64,000 bases of DNA from Methyloceanibacter sp. GTDB taxonomy: Bacteria; Pseudomonadota; Alphaproteobacteria; Rhizobiales; Methyloligellaceae. Within the stretch, counting starts at the first letter, position 1. Every line of letters starts with the position of its first letter. The notes beneath the pieces are model-generated. The model had not been told where the DNA came from. It saw nothing but the letters and a program-made list of their open reading frames with translations, and did not search any database. This document shows, piece by piece, positions 20,252 to 31,626 of the stretch. The stretch is from NCBI GenBank assembly GCA_014380485.1, contig JACMJU010000111.1, positions 24,818 to 88,817 of the forward strand, in the 5' to 3' direction. A program made the position numbers and the translations under genes.

Positions 20252-22126
20252 TTAACCCTTAACCGGCGGCATAATTCGAAGATGCAGTTCTTTCAATTGC
20301 TTAGGCGACACCTCCGAGGGCGCGCCCATGAGCAGGTCCTCCGCCTGCTGGTTCATCGGAAACATGACGACCTGACGCAAATTCTCCTCGCCGCATAACA
20401 GCATCACCATGCGGTCGATACCCGGCGCGATGCCGCCATGCGGCGGGGCGCCATATTGGAGCGCGCGCAACATGCCGCCGAAGCGCTTCTCCAGCTCCTC
20501 TTTGGGATAGCCGGCAATGGCGAAGGCCTTCTCCATGATCTCGGGCTTATGGTTCCGAATGGCGCCCGACGAAAGCTCGACCCCGTTGCAGACGACATCG
20601 TACTGGTAGGCGAGAATATCGAGCGGGTCTTTGTTTTCGAGCGCCTCAAGGCCGCCCTGCGGCATAGAGAACGGATTGTGTGAGAAGTCGATCCGCTCTT
20701 CTTCGTCGTTCCACTCATACATCGGAAAGTCGACGATCCAGCAGAAGGCGAATTGATCCTTCGCCGTGAGCTTAAGCTCATCGCCGATCTTCACCCGCGC
20801 GCGGGCGGCGAAATCGGCAAATGCGTTGGGCAAGCCCGCCACGAAAAAAACGGCGTCGCCGTTTATAAGTCCGAGTTGACGACGAATGGCCTCAGTTCCC
20901 TCAGGCCCGATATTCTTGGCAACCGGACCACTACCAGCCATGTATGAGTTGGCCTTCAGTCGCTGATAAATGGACCCATCCCACTCTTGTTGCTTCCGAG
21001 AAATTCCGAGGAGCGTCTTATTCGAAACGTCGAATTGCTCTTCGCGAAAGAAGATGTAGCCGAGGCCGGGCTGCCCTTCCTCTTGCGCCCACGCATTCAT
21101 GCGGTCGCAGAAGGCGCGCGACCCGCCGCCTTTCGCCGGGATCGCCCAGATGCGCGTGTTCGCGTCCATCTCGATCATGCCCGCGAACAGTTTGAACCCC
21201 GAGCCGCGGAATTGCTCCGTCACGTCCTGCATTGCGATGGGATTGCGCAGATCCGGCTTGTCGGTGCCGTATTTGCGTATCGCTTCGGCATAGGGGATGC
21301 GCGGGAATTTCTTGGTGACGTGCTTGCCGCCCCCGAACTCCTCGAACAGGCCGCGTAAGATCGGCTCGACCGTGTCGAACACGTCCTCCTGAGTGACGAA
21401 GCTCATTTCGAGGTCGAGCTGGTAAAACTCGCCCGGCGAGCGGTCGGCGCGGGCGTCCTCATCGCGGAAGCAGGGCGCGATCTGGAAATAGCGGTCGAAG
21501 CCCGCGATCATGATGAGCTGCTTGAATTGCTGCGGCGCCTGCGGCAGGGCGTAGAACTTGCCGGGATGGACCCGGCTCGGCACCAGATAGTCGCGCGCGC
21601 CCTCGGGCGAGGATGCGGTGAGGATCGGCGTCTGGAATTCGTAGAAGCCCGCTTCGCGCATGCGATTGCGCAACGACCCGATGATCGCCTGCCGCTTCAT
21701 GACATTGGCATGCAGGGTGTCCCGGCGAAGATCGAGGAAGCGGTATTTGAGCCGCGTCTCCTCGGGATAGTCGGGCTCGCCGAATACCGGCAGCGGCAGC
21801 TCCTTCGCTTCCGACAGCACATCGAGACTTTTGATTCTGACCTCGACGGTGCCGGTCGGCAGATTGGGATTGACCGTCTCCGGCGTTCGGGCGACGACCT
21901 CGCCATCGACACGCACCACCCATTCGGGCTTCAGCTTCTCCGCTTCGGCGAAGGCCGGCGAAGCCGGGTCGGCGACAGCTTGAGTCAGGCCGTAATGATC
22001 GCGGAGGTCGATGAACAGGAGGCCGCCGTGATCCCTCACGCGGTGCACCCAACCCGAGAGACGAACAGTCTTGCCGACGTCGTCTTTGCGTAGCGCGCCG
22101 CAATTGTGAGTGCGATAGATGTGCAT
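20252..22126 (-). CDS. aspS: Aspartate--tRNA(Asp/Asn) ligase
   Basis: RTHNCG, RDHGG (His typical of non-discriminating type), [25 protein letters not shown]. Confidence 0.98.
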   Translation of the reverse strand: MHIYRTHNCGALRKDDVGKTVRLSGWVHRVRDHGGLLFIDLRDHYGLTQAVADPASPAFAEAEKLKPEWVVRVDGEVVARTPETVNPNLPTGTVEVRIKSLDVLSEAKELPLPVFGEPDYPEETRLKYRFLDLRRDTLHANVMKRQAIIGSLRNRMREAGFYEFQTPILTASSPEGARDYLVPSRVHPGKFYALPQAPQQFKQLIMIAGFDRYFQIAPCFRDEDARADRSPGEFYQLDLEMSFVTQEDVFDTVEPILRGLFEEFGGGKHVTKKFPRIPYAEAIRKYGTDKPDLRNPIAMQDVTEQFRGSGFKLFAGMIEMDANTRIWAIPAKGGGSRAFCDRMNAWAQEEGQPGLGYIFFREEQFDVSNKTLLGISRKQQEWDGSIYQRLKANSYMAGSGPVAKNIGPEGTEAIRRQLGLINGDAVFFVAGLPNAFADFAARARVKIGDELKLTAKDQFAFCWIVDFPMYEWNDEEERIDFSHNPFSMPQGGLEALENKDPLDILAYQYDVVCNGVELSSGAIRNHKPEIMEKAFAIAGYPKEELEKRFGGMLRALQYGAPPHGGIAPGIDRMVMLLCGEENLRQVVMFPMNQQAEDLLMGAPSEVSPKQLKELHLRIMPPVKG

Positions 22127-22354
22127 GCTATGCCGGGAAAGGAACGGAAAGTGCCGCGGAACAGCGCATGGGACACCCTTCCTTGTCAAGGCGAGCAGGT
22201 GCCCGGGAACCGGGCCGCAGGAAGCCCGAGCGCCGCGCTCGCCACGGGAGCCCCGAGGGCACCAGACCGAGACGCCCGAGCGGCGGATTGACGCTCATCT
22301 TTGCGCCTTTACGCCCTTGGCCTTGCGCGCGGCCTTGGGCTATACCCGCCCCTC

Positions 22355-23554
22355 ATGAACCTGATCTCTCGCACCGACGAACTTGCCGAAGCTTGCGCCC
22401 GGTTGGGAAGCGCACCCTTTGTCGCGGTCGACACCGAGTTCATGCGCGAGCAGACCTTCTGGCCGCGGCTCTGTCTCATCCAGATCGCTGCTGACGGGAC
22501 CGAGGTGCTGATCGACAGTATGGCGCCCGGCCTCGACCTCACGCCTTTCTTCGAGCTGATGATCTCCGAACGCGTGCTGAAAGTGTTTCACTCGGCGAGA
22601 CAAGATGTTGAAATTGTTCATCATTTGGCCCGGGTAATCCCCCACCCGATCTTCGACACCCAGGTTGCGGCCATGGTGTGCGGCTTCGGCGAGGCGGTGA
22701 GCTACTCGATGCTGGTGAAGCGGCTGCTCAACCGCAACCTGGACAAGACCTCGCGCTTCACCGATTGGAGCCGCCGTCCGCTCTCGGAGCGTCAGCTCAC
22801 CTATGCGCTGGGCGACGTCATCCATCTTCGTGACCTCTACCCCAAACTTCGGACTCAGCTCGACAAATCGGAGCGGGCGAGCTGGCTCAACGAAGAGATG
22901 GCGGTGCTGACCGACCCCGCCACCTACGAACTTCATCCCGAGCAAGCGTGGAAGCGGCTCAAGATGCGTATCAAGACGCCGAAGGCGCTCGCTGTGCTCA
23001 TGGAGCTTGCGGCCTGGCGCGAACGCGAGGCGCAGACCCAGGACGTGCCGCGTGCCCGCATCCTCAAAGACGAGGCGATGTACGACATTGCGAGCCAAGC
23101 GCCCCGCACGATCGAGGATTTGGGCTCCTTGCGCACGCTGCATAACGGCTTTGCCCGCTCAATGCGCGGCCGCGCCGTGCTCGAAGCGGTTGGGCGCGGC
23201 CTCGAACGCGATCCCGAGACCATCCCGCCGATCGAGCGGGGCGAGCCGATGCCGCCCGAGGCCCAGGCGGTGGTCGATCTGTTGCGGGTGCTGCTCAAGG
23301 CCAGAGCGGGAAGCCACGGCGTGGCCCCGAAGCTCATTGCCACGAGCGACGAACTCGAAGAGATCGCGCGGTCCGATGGACCCGACGCGCCGGTCCTGCG
23401 CGGCTGGCGCAAGAAACTGTTCGGCGACGATGCGCTGGCGCTGAAGCGCGGCGAGCTCGCGCTTGTCATCAGAAAGGGCGAAGTCGCGGTGATCGCGCCC
23501 GAGGGGGCTGCCCCCGATGCGTTAACGGCGAAAAAACCAGAAGACGAGGCTTAG
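22355..23554 (+). CDS. rnd: Ribonuclease D
   Basis: VDTEFMRE, FHSARQD, FDTQVAA, TDWSRRPL, YALGDV, HRDC region. Confidence 0.96.
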   Translation: MNLISRTDELAEACARLGSAPFVAVDTEFMREQTFWPRLCLIQIAADGTEVLIDSMAPGLDLTPFFELMISERVLKVFHSARQDVEIVHHLARVIPHPIFDTQVAAMVCGFGEAVSYSMLVKRLLNRNLDKTSRFTDWSRRPLSERQLTYALGDVIHLRDLYPKLRTQLDKSERASWLNEEMAVLTDPATYELHPEQAWKRLKMRIKTPKALAVLMELAAWREREAQTQDVPRARILKDEAMYDIASQAPRTIEDLGSLRTLHNGFARSMRGRAVLEAVGRGLERDPETIPPIERGEPMPPEAQAVVDLLRVLLKARAGSHGVAPKLIATSDELEEIARSDGPDAPVLRGWRKKLFGDDALALKRGELALVIRKGEVAVIAPEGAAPDALTAKKPEDEA

Positions 23555-23719
23555 CAAGACGCTGACGAGAACCGCCGTGGTGATCGGCAGATAGATCACC
23601 ACGCCGCCCCGGTCGATGACGAGATCGCCCGGAAGGCGCCCGAGGCCGTAGCGTACGCTGAGGAAGGTCAGAGCCGCCGCCGCCAGCAGAAAGATGACCG
23701 CGGCGCCGATGGTCTTCAT
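23522..23719 (-). CDS. DUF2905 family small membrane protein
   Basis: LGRLPGDLVI...IYLPITTAVLVS. Confidence 0.88.
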   Translation of the reverse strand: MKTIGAAVIFLLAAAALTFLSVRYGLGRLPGDLVIDRGGVVIYLPITTAVLVSVLLSLVFWFFRR

Positions 23720-24054
23720 CGCGCTCCGCCCTCTCTACTTCTTGTGATCCGCATCCTGACCGTGGCGCGAAGATCGGGCGGCATGTCTTCGAGCGCGTCG
23801 AGCAGGCCTTTGAGCTCGGCCCGGAGCCCATGGATCTGGTCGATCAGGCTGAGCAGAACCGGCACGTCCTCTTCGGCGAAGCCAAGCTCGTCCTCGAGAT
23901 TGCAGATGAGAGCCGCCCGCGCCAGGTCCGCCTCAGAGTAGTTCCGCGCCGCCTCGTCTACCGGCTTGATCCACCCTTGCGCCACCCACACCCTGAGCCT
24001 GGTGACGGTGAGGCGCTGCACGCGGGTCAGGAGATCGCGCTCGGAAAGCATCAC
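23716..24054 (-). CDS. Chaperone modulator CbpM-like
   Basis: MerR-like WVAQGWIKP, LIDQIHGLR; overlaps the cbpA-like stop. Confidence 0.85.
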   Translation of the reverse strand: MMLSERDLLTRVQRLTVTRLRVWVAQGWIKPVDEAARNYSEADLARAALICNLEDELGFAEEDVPVLLSLIDQIHGLRAELKGLLDALEDMPPDLRATVRMRITRSREGGAR

Positions 24055-24983
24055 GCCTGCTCCTTAAGCTTGCGCCGTGGATCGTAGCTGTGGTCCTGCC
24101 GCCATCGCTCGGCGAAGCTCTTGAGATCCTCGTCGATCCGCTCGGGCAGCACCACGCTGAGCTTGACCAGTTGATCGCCGGCCCCGCCCTTCGACTTGAT
24201 GCCGCGGCCCTTGAGCCTCAGGGTCTGTCCGGTGTTGGCGCCCGGGGGCACGGTGACCGACACCCGGCCGCCGATGGTCGGAACCTCGACTTTGCCGCCG
24301 AGCACCGCCTCGTCGAAAGTGATCGGCACCTCGACGACGATATCGTCGCCCTCCCGTTTGAACACGGGATGCGGTTTGACGCCAATTTCGATCAGCGCAT
24401 CGCCCGGTTCGCCTTCGCCCAAGCCGTGCCCCCCTTTGCCTCTCAGCCTCAGCACCTGGCCATCGGTAACCCCGGGCGGAATGGTGACGTCGAGCGTGCC
24501 TCCGTCGGGCAGCGTGATGCGCGTCTTGGTGCCGTTCACCGCATCGAGGAAATCGACCTCGAGGCGATATTGCGCGTCCTGCCCGCGCATGGAGAAGCGC
24601 CGCCCGCCGGCGCCGCGGCCCATCCCTCCCCGCTCGCCGAACAAATCGCCGAACAGGTCGCTGAAGGCGCCGATGTCCTCATAGCCCGCGGTCGAACGAT
24701 AACGCGCGCCCTCCTGGCCGCCGGCATATTCGCGGTAGTAGCGCTGCTGCGGCGTCTCCTGGCCGGATGCGTCGATCTCGCCGCGGTCGTAGCGCCCGCG
24801 CTTCTCCTCGTCTTTGAGGATGTCGTAGGCCGCGGTGATCGTCTTGAACCTCTCCTCAGCCGACTTGTCGCCGGGATTGAGGTCGGGATGAAGCTTCTTG
24901 GCAAGCTTGCGATAGGCCTTGGTGATGTCCGCGGCCTTCGCGGTCTTCGCGACGCCAAGGACGGAATAGAGATCTTCTGCCAT
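24051..24983 (-). CDS. DnaJ-class chaperone (CbpA-like)
   Basis: J domain with HPD, G/F region, DnaJ_C, no zinc finger. Confidence 0.93.
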   Translation of the reverse strand: MAEDLYSVLGVAKTAKAADITKAYRKLAKKLHPDLNPGDKSAEERFKTITAAYDILKDEEKRGRYDRGEIDASGQETPQQRYYREYAGGQEGARYRSTAGYEDIGAFSDLFGDLFGERGGMGRGAGGRRFSMRGQDAQYRLEVDFLDAVNGTKTRITLPDGGTLDVTIPPGVTDGQVLRLRGKGGHGLGEGEPGDALIEIGVKPHPVFKREGDDIVVEVPITFDEAVLGGKVEVPTIGGRVSVTVPPGANTGQTLRLKGRGIKSKGGAGDQLVKLSVVLPERIDEDLKSFAERWRQDHSYDPRRKLKEQA

Positions 24984-25115
24984 CGACAAATCTAGGGTTG
25001 GAGTGAAACGCAGGAGTCAAGCTTGCCGCTCAGGTGCGTGCCCCGGAAACGGCTAACGGTTCCCTAAAGCAGCATAGTCATTTGGGAAGGGAGTCCGCGT
25101 CCAGCAAGTCCGAGC

Positions 25116-26633
25116 TTAGCTTGCCGCGCGTTGGAACGACGAGCCGACCCTGATCTCCGCCTCGCGGTCGAGCAGTCCGGCCAGCACCTTGAAGCGCCGC
25201 TCGACCCGTTCCCCCTCGAGATTGGAATAGGGATCGGGCAAGGTCCACACTAGCCGGTTTCCCTCATACACGATCGGCGTATTGGTAAGAACCCCCGGCA
25301 TGGCGGCCGACACCATGTGAGCGGCGCGGAAGGCCGCACCCAGGATGCGGGCCCGTCTCAGCATGTCCTTATCGACAAGCTCGATCAGCCTCTGGCTTAG
25401 CTCGTCTTTGACCAGACCTTCATTCCGGTAATAGACGGTCAGCGCTAGGAAGGCCCGGCCGGGATGATCGACCCCGACAAAGGTGCCGTGAGCCACAAGG
25501 TTGAGGCTCTGAATGCCGCGATAGTCCGGATGCGCCCGCCAGCCGATATCGGACAGGAGGCAGGCCGCGTGTCGCAGCCGCCTCTGCTCCGGCGTTTCGG
25601 TCGGACCCGGCGCCTGGAACAGCGCATCGGTCCAGAAGCAAAGCTCATAGGCGCTGTCGACGGAGCGCGACTGCCTGCGGGCAATGTCGGTGCAGGCCGC
25701 GATCAGCGGATCTTTGCGCTTCTCTTCTTCGCGAAGCCGGCTGTACAGCAGACCCTCACGAATACCGAACACCGAGACGACGACGGAACGCGGCTTCATC
25801 TGTTTGATGAGCCGCTCCAGCACCAGCGCACCGTAAGGAAGCGTCTCGCGCCGCGCGCTCGAGATGTCGCGGATACCGGCAAGCGAGCTTTGCGATTGGT
25901 GATCTATCAAAGCGGCGAATCGGAGCGCATCGTCGGCGTTGATCCGATAGTTGTGCATGACGCTCAGAGGATAGTTGGTCTGCGTCATGTGGAGCCGCGC
26001 CAGCGCCCGCCACGTTCCGCCGATGGCATAGAAGTCGCGGCCCCGCCCCTTCTCCAGCCACTCGACCTTGGCAAGCTCGGTGTCGACGATTTCCCGCGCC
26101 TTTTTCAGGCTGCCGGAGGCGGCGTCGATCAGCCGCAAGCCCCCAAGCGGCAGGGTAGCGGCCTCCGAGGGCCTACCCCCTCTGACATCGATCAGCTCCA
26201 GGCTGCCGCCGCCCAAGTCGCCGGCAAAGCCGTCGGCCGCGTGAATTCCCGACACGACGCCAAGCGCGGCAAGCTCTGCCTCCCTGGTGCCGGAAAGCAC
26301 GGTGATCTCCCGGTCGAGGATGCGCTCGGCTTGGGCGATGAATTCAGGCCCGTTGACGGCCTCCCGCGCAGCCGCCGTGGCGATGACTTCGATCTGGTTC
26401 ACCCTGAGTTGGCCGATGAGCGCCCTGAACCGCCGCAATGCCCGCAGTGCGCGCTTCACCGCGTCAGGGTCGAGCCTGCCGGTCGACGCCAGCGAACGCC
26501 CCAATCCGCATAGAATCTTCTCATTGAAGATCGGCGCCGGCGCCCGGCCCGAATCCTCATAGACGATGAGGCGGACCGAGTTCGAGCCGATATCGACCAC
26601 CGCGACGGGGGCCAGCTCGTTGGTCAGGACCAT
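25116..26633 (-). CDS. ppx: Exopolyphosphatase Ppx/GppA family
   Basis: DIGSNSVRL, ATAAAREA, DLGGGSLE, GIREG, C-terminal helical domain; directly after ppk1. Confidence 0.94.
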   Translation of the reverse strand: MVLTNELAPVAVVDIGSNSVRLIVYEDSGRAPAPIFNEKILCGLGRSLASTGRLDPDAVKRALRALRRFRALIGQLRVNQIEVIATAAAREAVNGPEFIAQAERILDREITVLSGTREAELAALGVVSGIHAADGFAGDLGGGSLELIDVRGGRPSEAATLPLGGLRLIDAASGSLKKAREIVDTELAKVEWLEKGRGRDFYAIGGTWRALARLHMTQTNYPLSVMHNYRINADDALRFAALIDHQSQSSLAGIRDISSARRETLPYGALVLERLIKQMKPRSVVVSVFGIREGLLYSRLREEEKRKDPLIAACTDIARRQSRSVDSAYELCFWTDALFQAPGPTETPEQRRLRHAACLLSDIGWRAHPDYRGIQSLNLVAHGTFVGVDHPGRAFLALTVYYRNEGLVKDELSQRLIELVDKDMLRRARILGAAFRAAHMVSAAMPGVLTNTPIVYEGNRLVWTLPDPYSNLEGERVERRFKVLAGLLDREAEIRVGSSFQRAAS

Positions 26634-26650
26634 GGCGGCAGGCTGGACGC

Positions 26651-28831
26651 TTATCCCGTCTCGGCCAGGCGCGAGAAGCGCGGCGGCATGTTCTCGCTGA
26701 GAGACGTGCCGCGGCCGGACAGGCTCGGATTGGTCATGAAATAGTCCTGAGCACTGAAGGGTTCCTGGTCCTTTCCCGAATGGATCCGTTCTGAACTGCC
26801 GTCGGGCCGCACCCGCCAACTCTGCAAATTGTCCTTGAGATTTGCGACCATGATTTGATCGAGGATCTGCTCGTGCACGGTCGAGTTCTTGATCGGCACC
26901 ATGGCTTCCATGCGCCGGTCGAGGTTGCGCGGCATCAGGTCGGCAGAGCTGATATAGACCACCGCCTTACGATTCGGAAGACCGTGACCGGCGCCAAAGC
27001 AATAGATGCGCGAATGCTCGAGGAAGCGCCCCACGATGCTCTTGACGGTGATGGTCTCCGACAGATCGGGAACGCCGGGTCTCAAGCAGCAGATGCCGCG
27101 CACCACGAGGTCGATCTCCACCCCGGCCCGGCTCGCCTCGTATAGCGCGTCTATAATCTCGGCGTCGACGAGCGAGTTCATCTTCATCCAGATGGCGGCC
27201 GGCCTGCCGGCCTTGGCGTGGTACATCTCCTCGCGGATGTGGTCGAGGATGCGCGCCCGGATGCCGTGCGGCGACACCGCCATGGCCTCGAGCTCGGCCG
27301 GCTCGGCATAACCGGTCACATAGTTGAAGATGCGCGAGACGTCATGGCCGATGACGCGTTCGGCGGTGAAGAACGACAGGTCGGTGTAGATCTTGGCCGT
27401 GACCGAGTGATAATTGCCAGTCCCCACGTGGCAATAGGTGACGAGCTGGCCGCGTTCGCGTCTGACGATCAGGCTCAGCTTGGCGTGCGTCTTGAGCTCG
27501 ATGAAGCCATAGACCACCTGGACGCCGGCGCTTTCCAAGTCACGCGCCCATTTGATGTTGGCTTCCTCGTCGAAGCGCGCCTTGAGCTCGACCACAGCGG
27601 TGACGGACTTTCCGGCCTCGGCGGCCTCTTTCAACGCCTCGATGATCGGAGAGGTCTTGCCGGTGCGGTAGAGCGTCCATTTGATCGCCACCACGTCCGG
27701 GTCGGCGGCGGCCTGCTTCAGGAACTGCAACACCACGTCGAACGACTCGTAGGGATGATGGACGATGATGTCCTTCTTGTGGATGGCGGCGAAGCAATCG
27801 CCGTGATGTTCGCGGATGCGCTCCGGAAACCGGCTGACATAAGGCTGAAATTTTAGATCGGGACGGTCGGGGACGATCAACTGATTGGTATCGGTAAGCC
27901 CGATCAGACCCTTCTGCACGAAACTCTCGCCCTCGGAGACCTTGAGCTCCTGCATGACGAAGCGCTGCAGCCGCGACGGCATCGTGGCTTCCATTTCGAG
28001 CCTGATCACCGAGCCCCGCCGCCGCCGCTTGAGCGCCGATTCGAACAGCCGGACCAGATCCTCGGCCTCCTCCTGGACCTCGAGGTCGCTGTCGCGGAGA
28101 ACACGGAACGCGCCCTGGCTTCTCACCCGGTAGCCCGGGAACAGCCGGGAGACGAAGATGCCGACGACCGTCTCTAATCTGATGAACCGGATCGGTTCCT
28201 TGGGTTCGCCCTTGCTCGGCAAGCGGATGAAGCGGGCAAGCTGGGGCGGGATCGGCATGAGCGCGTGCATGGTGCGCAGCGACCCCTCGCGCACCAGTTC
28301 AAGTCCGAGCGTGAAGCCGAAATTCGGGATGAAGGGAAAGGGATGGGCGGGATCGACCGCGATCGGCGTCAGCACCGGAAAGAGATGCGCGAGAAAATGC
28401 TCCTCGAGCCAAGAGCGCTCGGCCTCCAAGAGCTGGTCGGCGCTCAACACGTGAATGCCGGCCTCGGCCAGCAGCGCTTCGAGGGTTACCCAGTTCTCCT
28501 GCTGCTCGGCGGTAAGCTCGGCGACGGAGCGGTTGATGCGATCGAGCTGCTCGAGCGGGGTCAGTCCGTCCACGCTTGGCGTCTCGATGCCGGCGAGCAC
28601 CTGCCCGCGCAAGCCCGCGACCCGCACCATGTAGAACTCGTCGAGGTTCGATGCCGAGATCGAGAGGAAGCGCAAGCGCTCGAGCAACGGGTGGCGCTCG
28701 TTCTCGGCTTCCTCGAGCACGCGCCGGTTGAAGTGGAGCCAGGACAGCTCGCGGTTGAAGAACCGGCTCGGGCCGAAGGCGGCAAGCCCTGGGCTTGCGT
28801 CGAGCCGCTCAACCTTCTCGGGCAAACTCAT
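26651..28831 (-). CDS. ppk1: Polyphosphate kinase 1
   Basis: [57 protein letters not shown]. Confidence 0.98.
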   Translation of the reverse strand: MSLPEKVERLDASPGLAAFGPSRFFNRELSWLHFNRRVLEEAENERHPLLERLRFLSISASNLDEFYMVRVAGLRGQVLAGIETPSVDGLTPLEQLDRINRSVAELTAEQQENWVTLEALLAEAGIHVLSADQLLEAERSWLEEHFLAHLFPVLTPIAVDPAHPFPFIPNFGFTLGLELVREGSLRTMHALMPIPPQLARFIRLPSKGEPKEPIRFIRLETVVGIFVSRLFPGYRVRSQGAFRVLRDSDLEVQEEAEDLVRLFESALKRRRRGSVIRLEMEATMPSRLQRFVMQELKVSEGESFVQKGLIGLTDTNQLIVPDRPDLKFQPYVSRFPERIREHHGDCFAAIHKKDIIVHHPYESFDVVLQFLKQAAADPDVVAIKWTLYRTGKTSPIIEALKEAAEAGKSVTAVVELKARFDEEANIKWARDLESAGVQVVYGFIELKTHAKLSLIVRRERGQLVTYCHVGTGNYHSVTAKIYTDLSFFTAERVIGHDVSRIFNYVTGYAEPAELEAMAVSPHGIRARILDHIREEMYHAKAGRPAAIWMKMNSLVDAEIIDALYEASRAGVEIDLVVRGICCLRPGVPDLSETITVKSIVGRFLEHSRIYCFGAGHGLPNRKAVVYISSADLMPRNLDRRMEAMVPIKNSTVHEQILDQIMVANLKDNLQSWRVRPDGSSERIHSGKDQEPFSAQDYFMTNPSLSGRGTSLSENMPPRFSRLAETG

Positions 28832-28951
28832 CGGTAACCTCTTGCCAATCCATCGTTTCTTCGCGGCTCGGGCGCCGGGTTGAATACGTTCCCGAATGTT
28901 ACCCCACCAACGGTATCACTTACGTTACAGCCAAGGCCAACGGGCCAGGTC

Positions 28952-29629
28952 CTAATCGGCGGGCACGGTTCCGGCAAGCGCCTCGATCACGAGCTGGCGG
29001 CTGATCTTGCGCCCGGTGGCGAGCGCCGCGCGATCGACCGCCGCCACGGCGGCGGCAGCGGCGGCCAGCGAGCGGTCCACATGCAGCGCAAGATATGTAA
29101 GCACTTTCGGTTCGATATCGAGCTGCCGGTCGGCGAAATGCTTGAGCATGACGGCCCCGATGAGCGCTTCGTCGGGAGGCCCGATCTCGACGGCAGGCAC
29201 GGCATTCAGGCGCGACAGCAGGTCCGGCAGCGAAATGGGCCAGCGGCTCGGCGCGCTCTGCGCCGTGAGCAGCACGAACAACCGGCTCTCCCGCGCCAGA
29301 TTGAGAAGATGGAACAGGACCTTCTCGTCATAGGCGCCGCGATCGGCATCCTCGATCACGATTGGAGTGCGCGCCCTCACGTCGTCGACGGCACCCATGC
29401 CAAGCGCATCGGGGCCGAGCGCCTCGGCTCCCGACCGCGCTTGCCACACGCGCGCCAGATGCGTCTTGCCGCTCGCGGCGGGGCCAATGAGAAGCTGGAC
29501 CTGGTCCGACCATTCGGGCCAGGCGTCGATCAGCTTGACCGCTGCGCGATTGCAATCGCTGACGAGAAAGTCCTCGGCGTCGAGCGCCGTGCGATGAGGC
29601 AGATCGAGCGTGAGCTGGGCGACCGTCAC
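28952..29629 (-). CDS. hdaA: DnaA regulatory inactivator HdaA
   Basis: QLTLDL clamp-binding motif, GPAASGKTHL, LFHLLN, DLLSRL; GTGA overlap with the upstream gene. Confidence 0.9.
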   Translation of the reverse strand: MTVAQLTLDLPHRTALDAEDFLVSDCNRAAVKLIDAWPEWSDQVQLLIGPAASGKTHLARVWQARSGAEALGPDALGMGAVDDVRARTPIVIEDADRGAYDEKVLFHLLNLARESRLFVLLTAQSAPSRWPISLPDLLSRLNAVPAVEIGPPDEALIGAVMLKHFADRQLDIEPKVLTYLALHVDRSLAAAAAAVAAVDRAALATGRKISRQLVIEALAGTVPAD

Positions 29630-30243
29630 GAGGCCCTGACCCGGGAGCGCTGCGGCTCGTCGAGTTTGGGCGCCTTTCTGTGGCGGGGCGGAAGCGGCGC
29701 AGGGGCGGGCTCGTAGCTTGCCATATGCCCGAGCCACTCCCAGAAATAGGCCGCCGCCGAGACGATGGTGAGGGTCCCGGTCACCCAGACGAGAACCTTC
29801 ACAAGTTGATGCAGGCCGAGGCCAAGACCGAGCTCGGCCAAAACCACGCCCGCCAGCACAATCTGCGCGAAGGTGTTGGCCTTGCTGATGAGCAGCGGCT
29901 GCATGATAAGCGGCCGCGACAACATCCATGACAGCACCACGGCCCCGACGATGAGGATGTCGCGGCTGACCACCGCGATCACGAGCCATACCGGCAAATG
30001 GCCCGCGAAACCAAGAGTGACATAGATGCTGACGAGCAGCGCCTTGTCGGCGATCGGGTCGAGATAGGCGCCGAGCTCGCTGCGCCACCCATAGCGCTTG
30101 GCGAGAAAACCGTCGGCCGCATCGGACAACCCCGCAAGCAGGAACATCACGAAAGCCGCAGTCATCTCGTGGGTGATGATCAGCCACACGATCAGCGGAA
30201 CGAGCACGATCCGCCCCAGCGTCAGGCTGTTGGGAATATTCAC
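29626..30243 (-). CDS. CDP-alcohol phosphatidyltransferase
   Basis: NIPNSLT, DAADGFLAK...GAYLDPIADK. Confidence 0.94.
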   Translation of the reverse strand: MNIPNSLTLGRIVLVPLIVWLIITHEMTAAFVMFLLAGLSDAADGFLAKRYGWRSELGAYLDPIADKALLVSIYVTLGFAGHLPVWLVIAVVSRDILIVGAVVLSWMLSRPLIMQPLLISKANTFAQIVLAGVVLAELGLGLGLHQLVKVLVWVTGTLTIVSAAAYFWEWLGHMASYEPAPAPLPPRHRKAPKLDEPQRSRVRAS

Positions 30244-30348
30244 GAGCGCTCCTCCCGGAGGCCGTTCGTCCCTTGCGCCACTGCGCCTCCATGCCGGGAG
30301 TTTAGCAGATTCGAGGATCGGGCGTGACCGGCGCTCCGAGCCCCCATC

Positions 30349-31506
30349 CTAGCGCGAGCGGAGCACAAAGATCCCCTCCCTTTCGTCGAAAGCGAACCCG
30401 TTTTGGTCGAGTTCCTGCTGCAAGCGGCCGAGCGAGCCGGCATAATCGAAGGTAATGGACGCCGCCCGGGCCGACAGCGAGTTGACCTCCAGCCCTTGGA
30501 TCCCGGCCAGTTTCATCAGCCGCCCGCGAATATCTTGCCAATCCTTGAGGCCCGAGAACTCGACCTGCGCCATGACGTTGCGCGGGACTTCGCCCTTTGG
30601 CGGCCCGCTTTGGCCGGCATCGGGCGCCGCCTCGGTGCCCTGCTCATAGTTCGCTTCGGTCGCCGGCGCGCCGCCGGCTTCAGTCGTTTTCCAGCGGTTT
30701 TCGATGATCCCAAATGCGATGGCGGCCGCCGCGCGCTGGGCGGCCTTGGGGTCGCCTCCCATCTTGTCGCTCTGCTCGAAAGCGATGGCGCCCACGGCGT
30801 CCGTCCCGGCAAGCCGCGTCACGAATGCGCCGCCGGCGGCCTCGCCCACGGCGATGACGAGGAGGCCATAGCCGTATTCGCCCTGCATCGCAGCCAAGGC
30901 TTGGGGGTCCCCCGCGAGCACGGCTTTGATGGTGTCGGGCTCAAGGTCCGGGCGCGGCCTCAAGATCGTGGCGGGCGTCACGCTATGGGAGAGATCGAGA
31001 TCGTCCCAGGCTTGGCGCCACCCTTCCGTGCCTTCGCTCGTCACGGCTCCTGCCGCGATCATCAAGGGCAGGATCGAGATCGGCTGGGCGCGCTCTTCGC
31101 TATAGGGAAGACTGTAATCTTGCAGGAGTTGCTTGATCGCCTGCTCGTTGACGCTGACATCGAGTGTTGCGACATAACGGGTTGTCGAGTTCTGTTCCTT
31201 ACGGATCGACACGCCGTTGACGAGGCCTTCGATGTCCTCCTTGGTGAGCCCGGGCAGGTCGGCGTCGACGCCTGAGGGAAGCAGGCGCTGCAGCACGATT
31301 CTGACGGCACGCGTCTCGGCTTCGGCCATGCCCGTCGCCCGCGCGGCGACGGCATTCTCGGCGGTGATGTCGACCGAAATCTTGGCCACGTCATAAAGGC
31401 TGTCGGCGGCGCCCGCAGCCGCGCTCCAGCCGGCGGCGAAGGCAAGAAGCGGCAGGAGGCGGAGCCCCGCACCAAGCGCATAAGGTCTCAGTCGCCGTGC
31501 TGCCAT
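30349..31506 (-). CDS. DUF2066-like exported protein
   Basis: Signal peptide, V..ISVDITAENAVAAR N-terminal motif; divergent from purM. Confidence 0.75.
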   Translation of the reverse strand: MAARRLRPYALGAGLRLLPLLAFAAGWSAAAGAADSLYDVAKISVDITAENAVAARATGMAEAETRAVRIVLQRLLPSGVDADLPGLTKEDIEGLVNGVSIRKEQNSTTRYVATLDVSVNEQAIKQLLQDYSLPYSEERAQPISILPLMIAAGAVTSEGTEGWRQAWDDLDLSHSVTPATILRPRPDLEPDTIKAVLAGDPQALAAMQGEYGYGLLVIAVGEAAGGAFVTRLAGTDAVGAIAFEQSDKMGGDPKAAQRAAAAIAFGIIENRWKTTEAGGAPATEANYEQGTEAAPDAGQSGPPKGEVPRNVMAQVEFSGLKDWQDIRGRLMKLAGIQGLEVNSLSARAASITFDYAGSLGRLQQELDQNGFAFDEREGIFVLRSR

Positions 31507-31626
31507 GTCCAACTCTGCCGAAACGCCCGACACATGAAAGCCGCTCCCGGCCGCCTGGTAAAGCTTGGGAATGTGGCGGACCCACGGCCTTTTGCGCCTT
31601 GACGGGCCTCGCCCGGCACGATTGTT

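Noticed and set aside
20930-21046. Intein or intron in aspS
   Set aside because: Too short, in frame, and no C/S...HN splice motifs
24985-25070. RpoH promoter or CtrA box upstream of the cbpA-like gene
   Set aside because: CTTG to CCTAGAT spacing is longer than consensus, and CTAA-N7-CTAA is too degenerate
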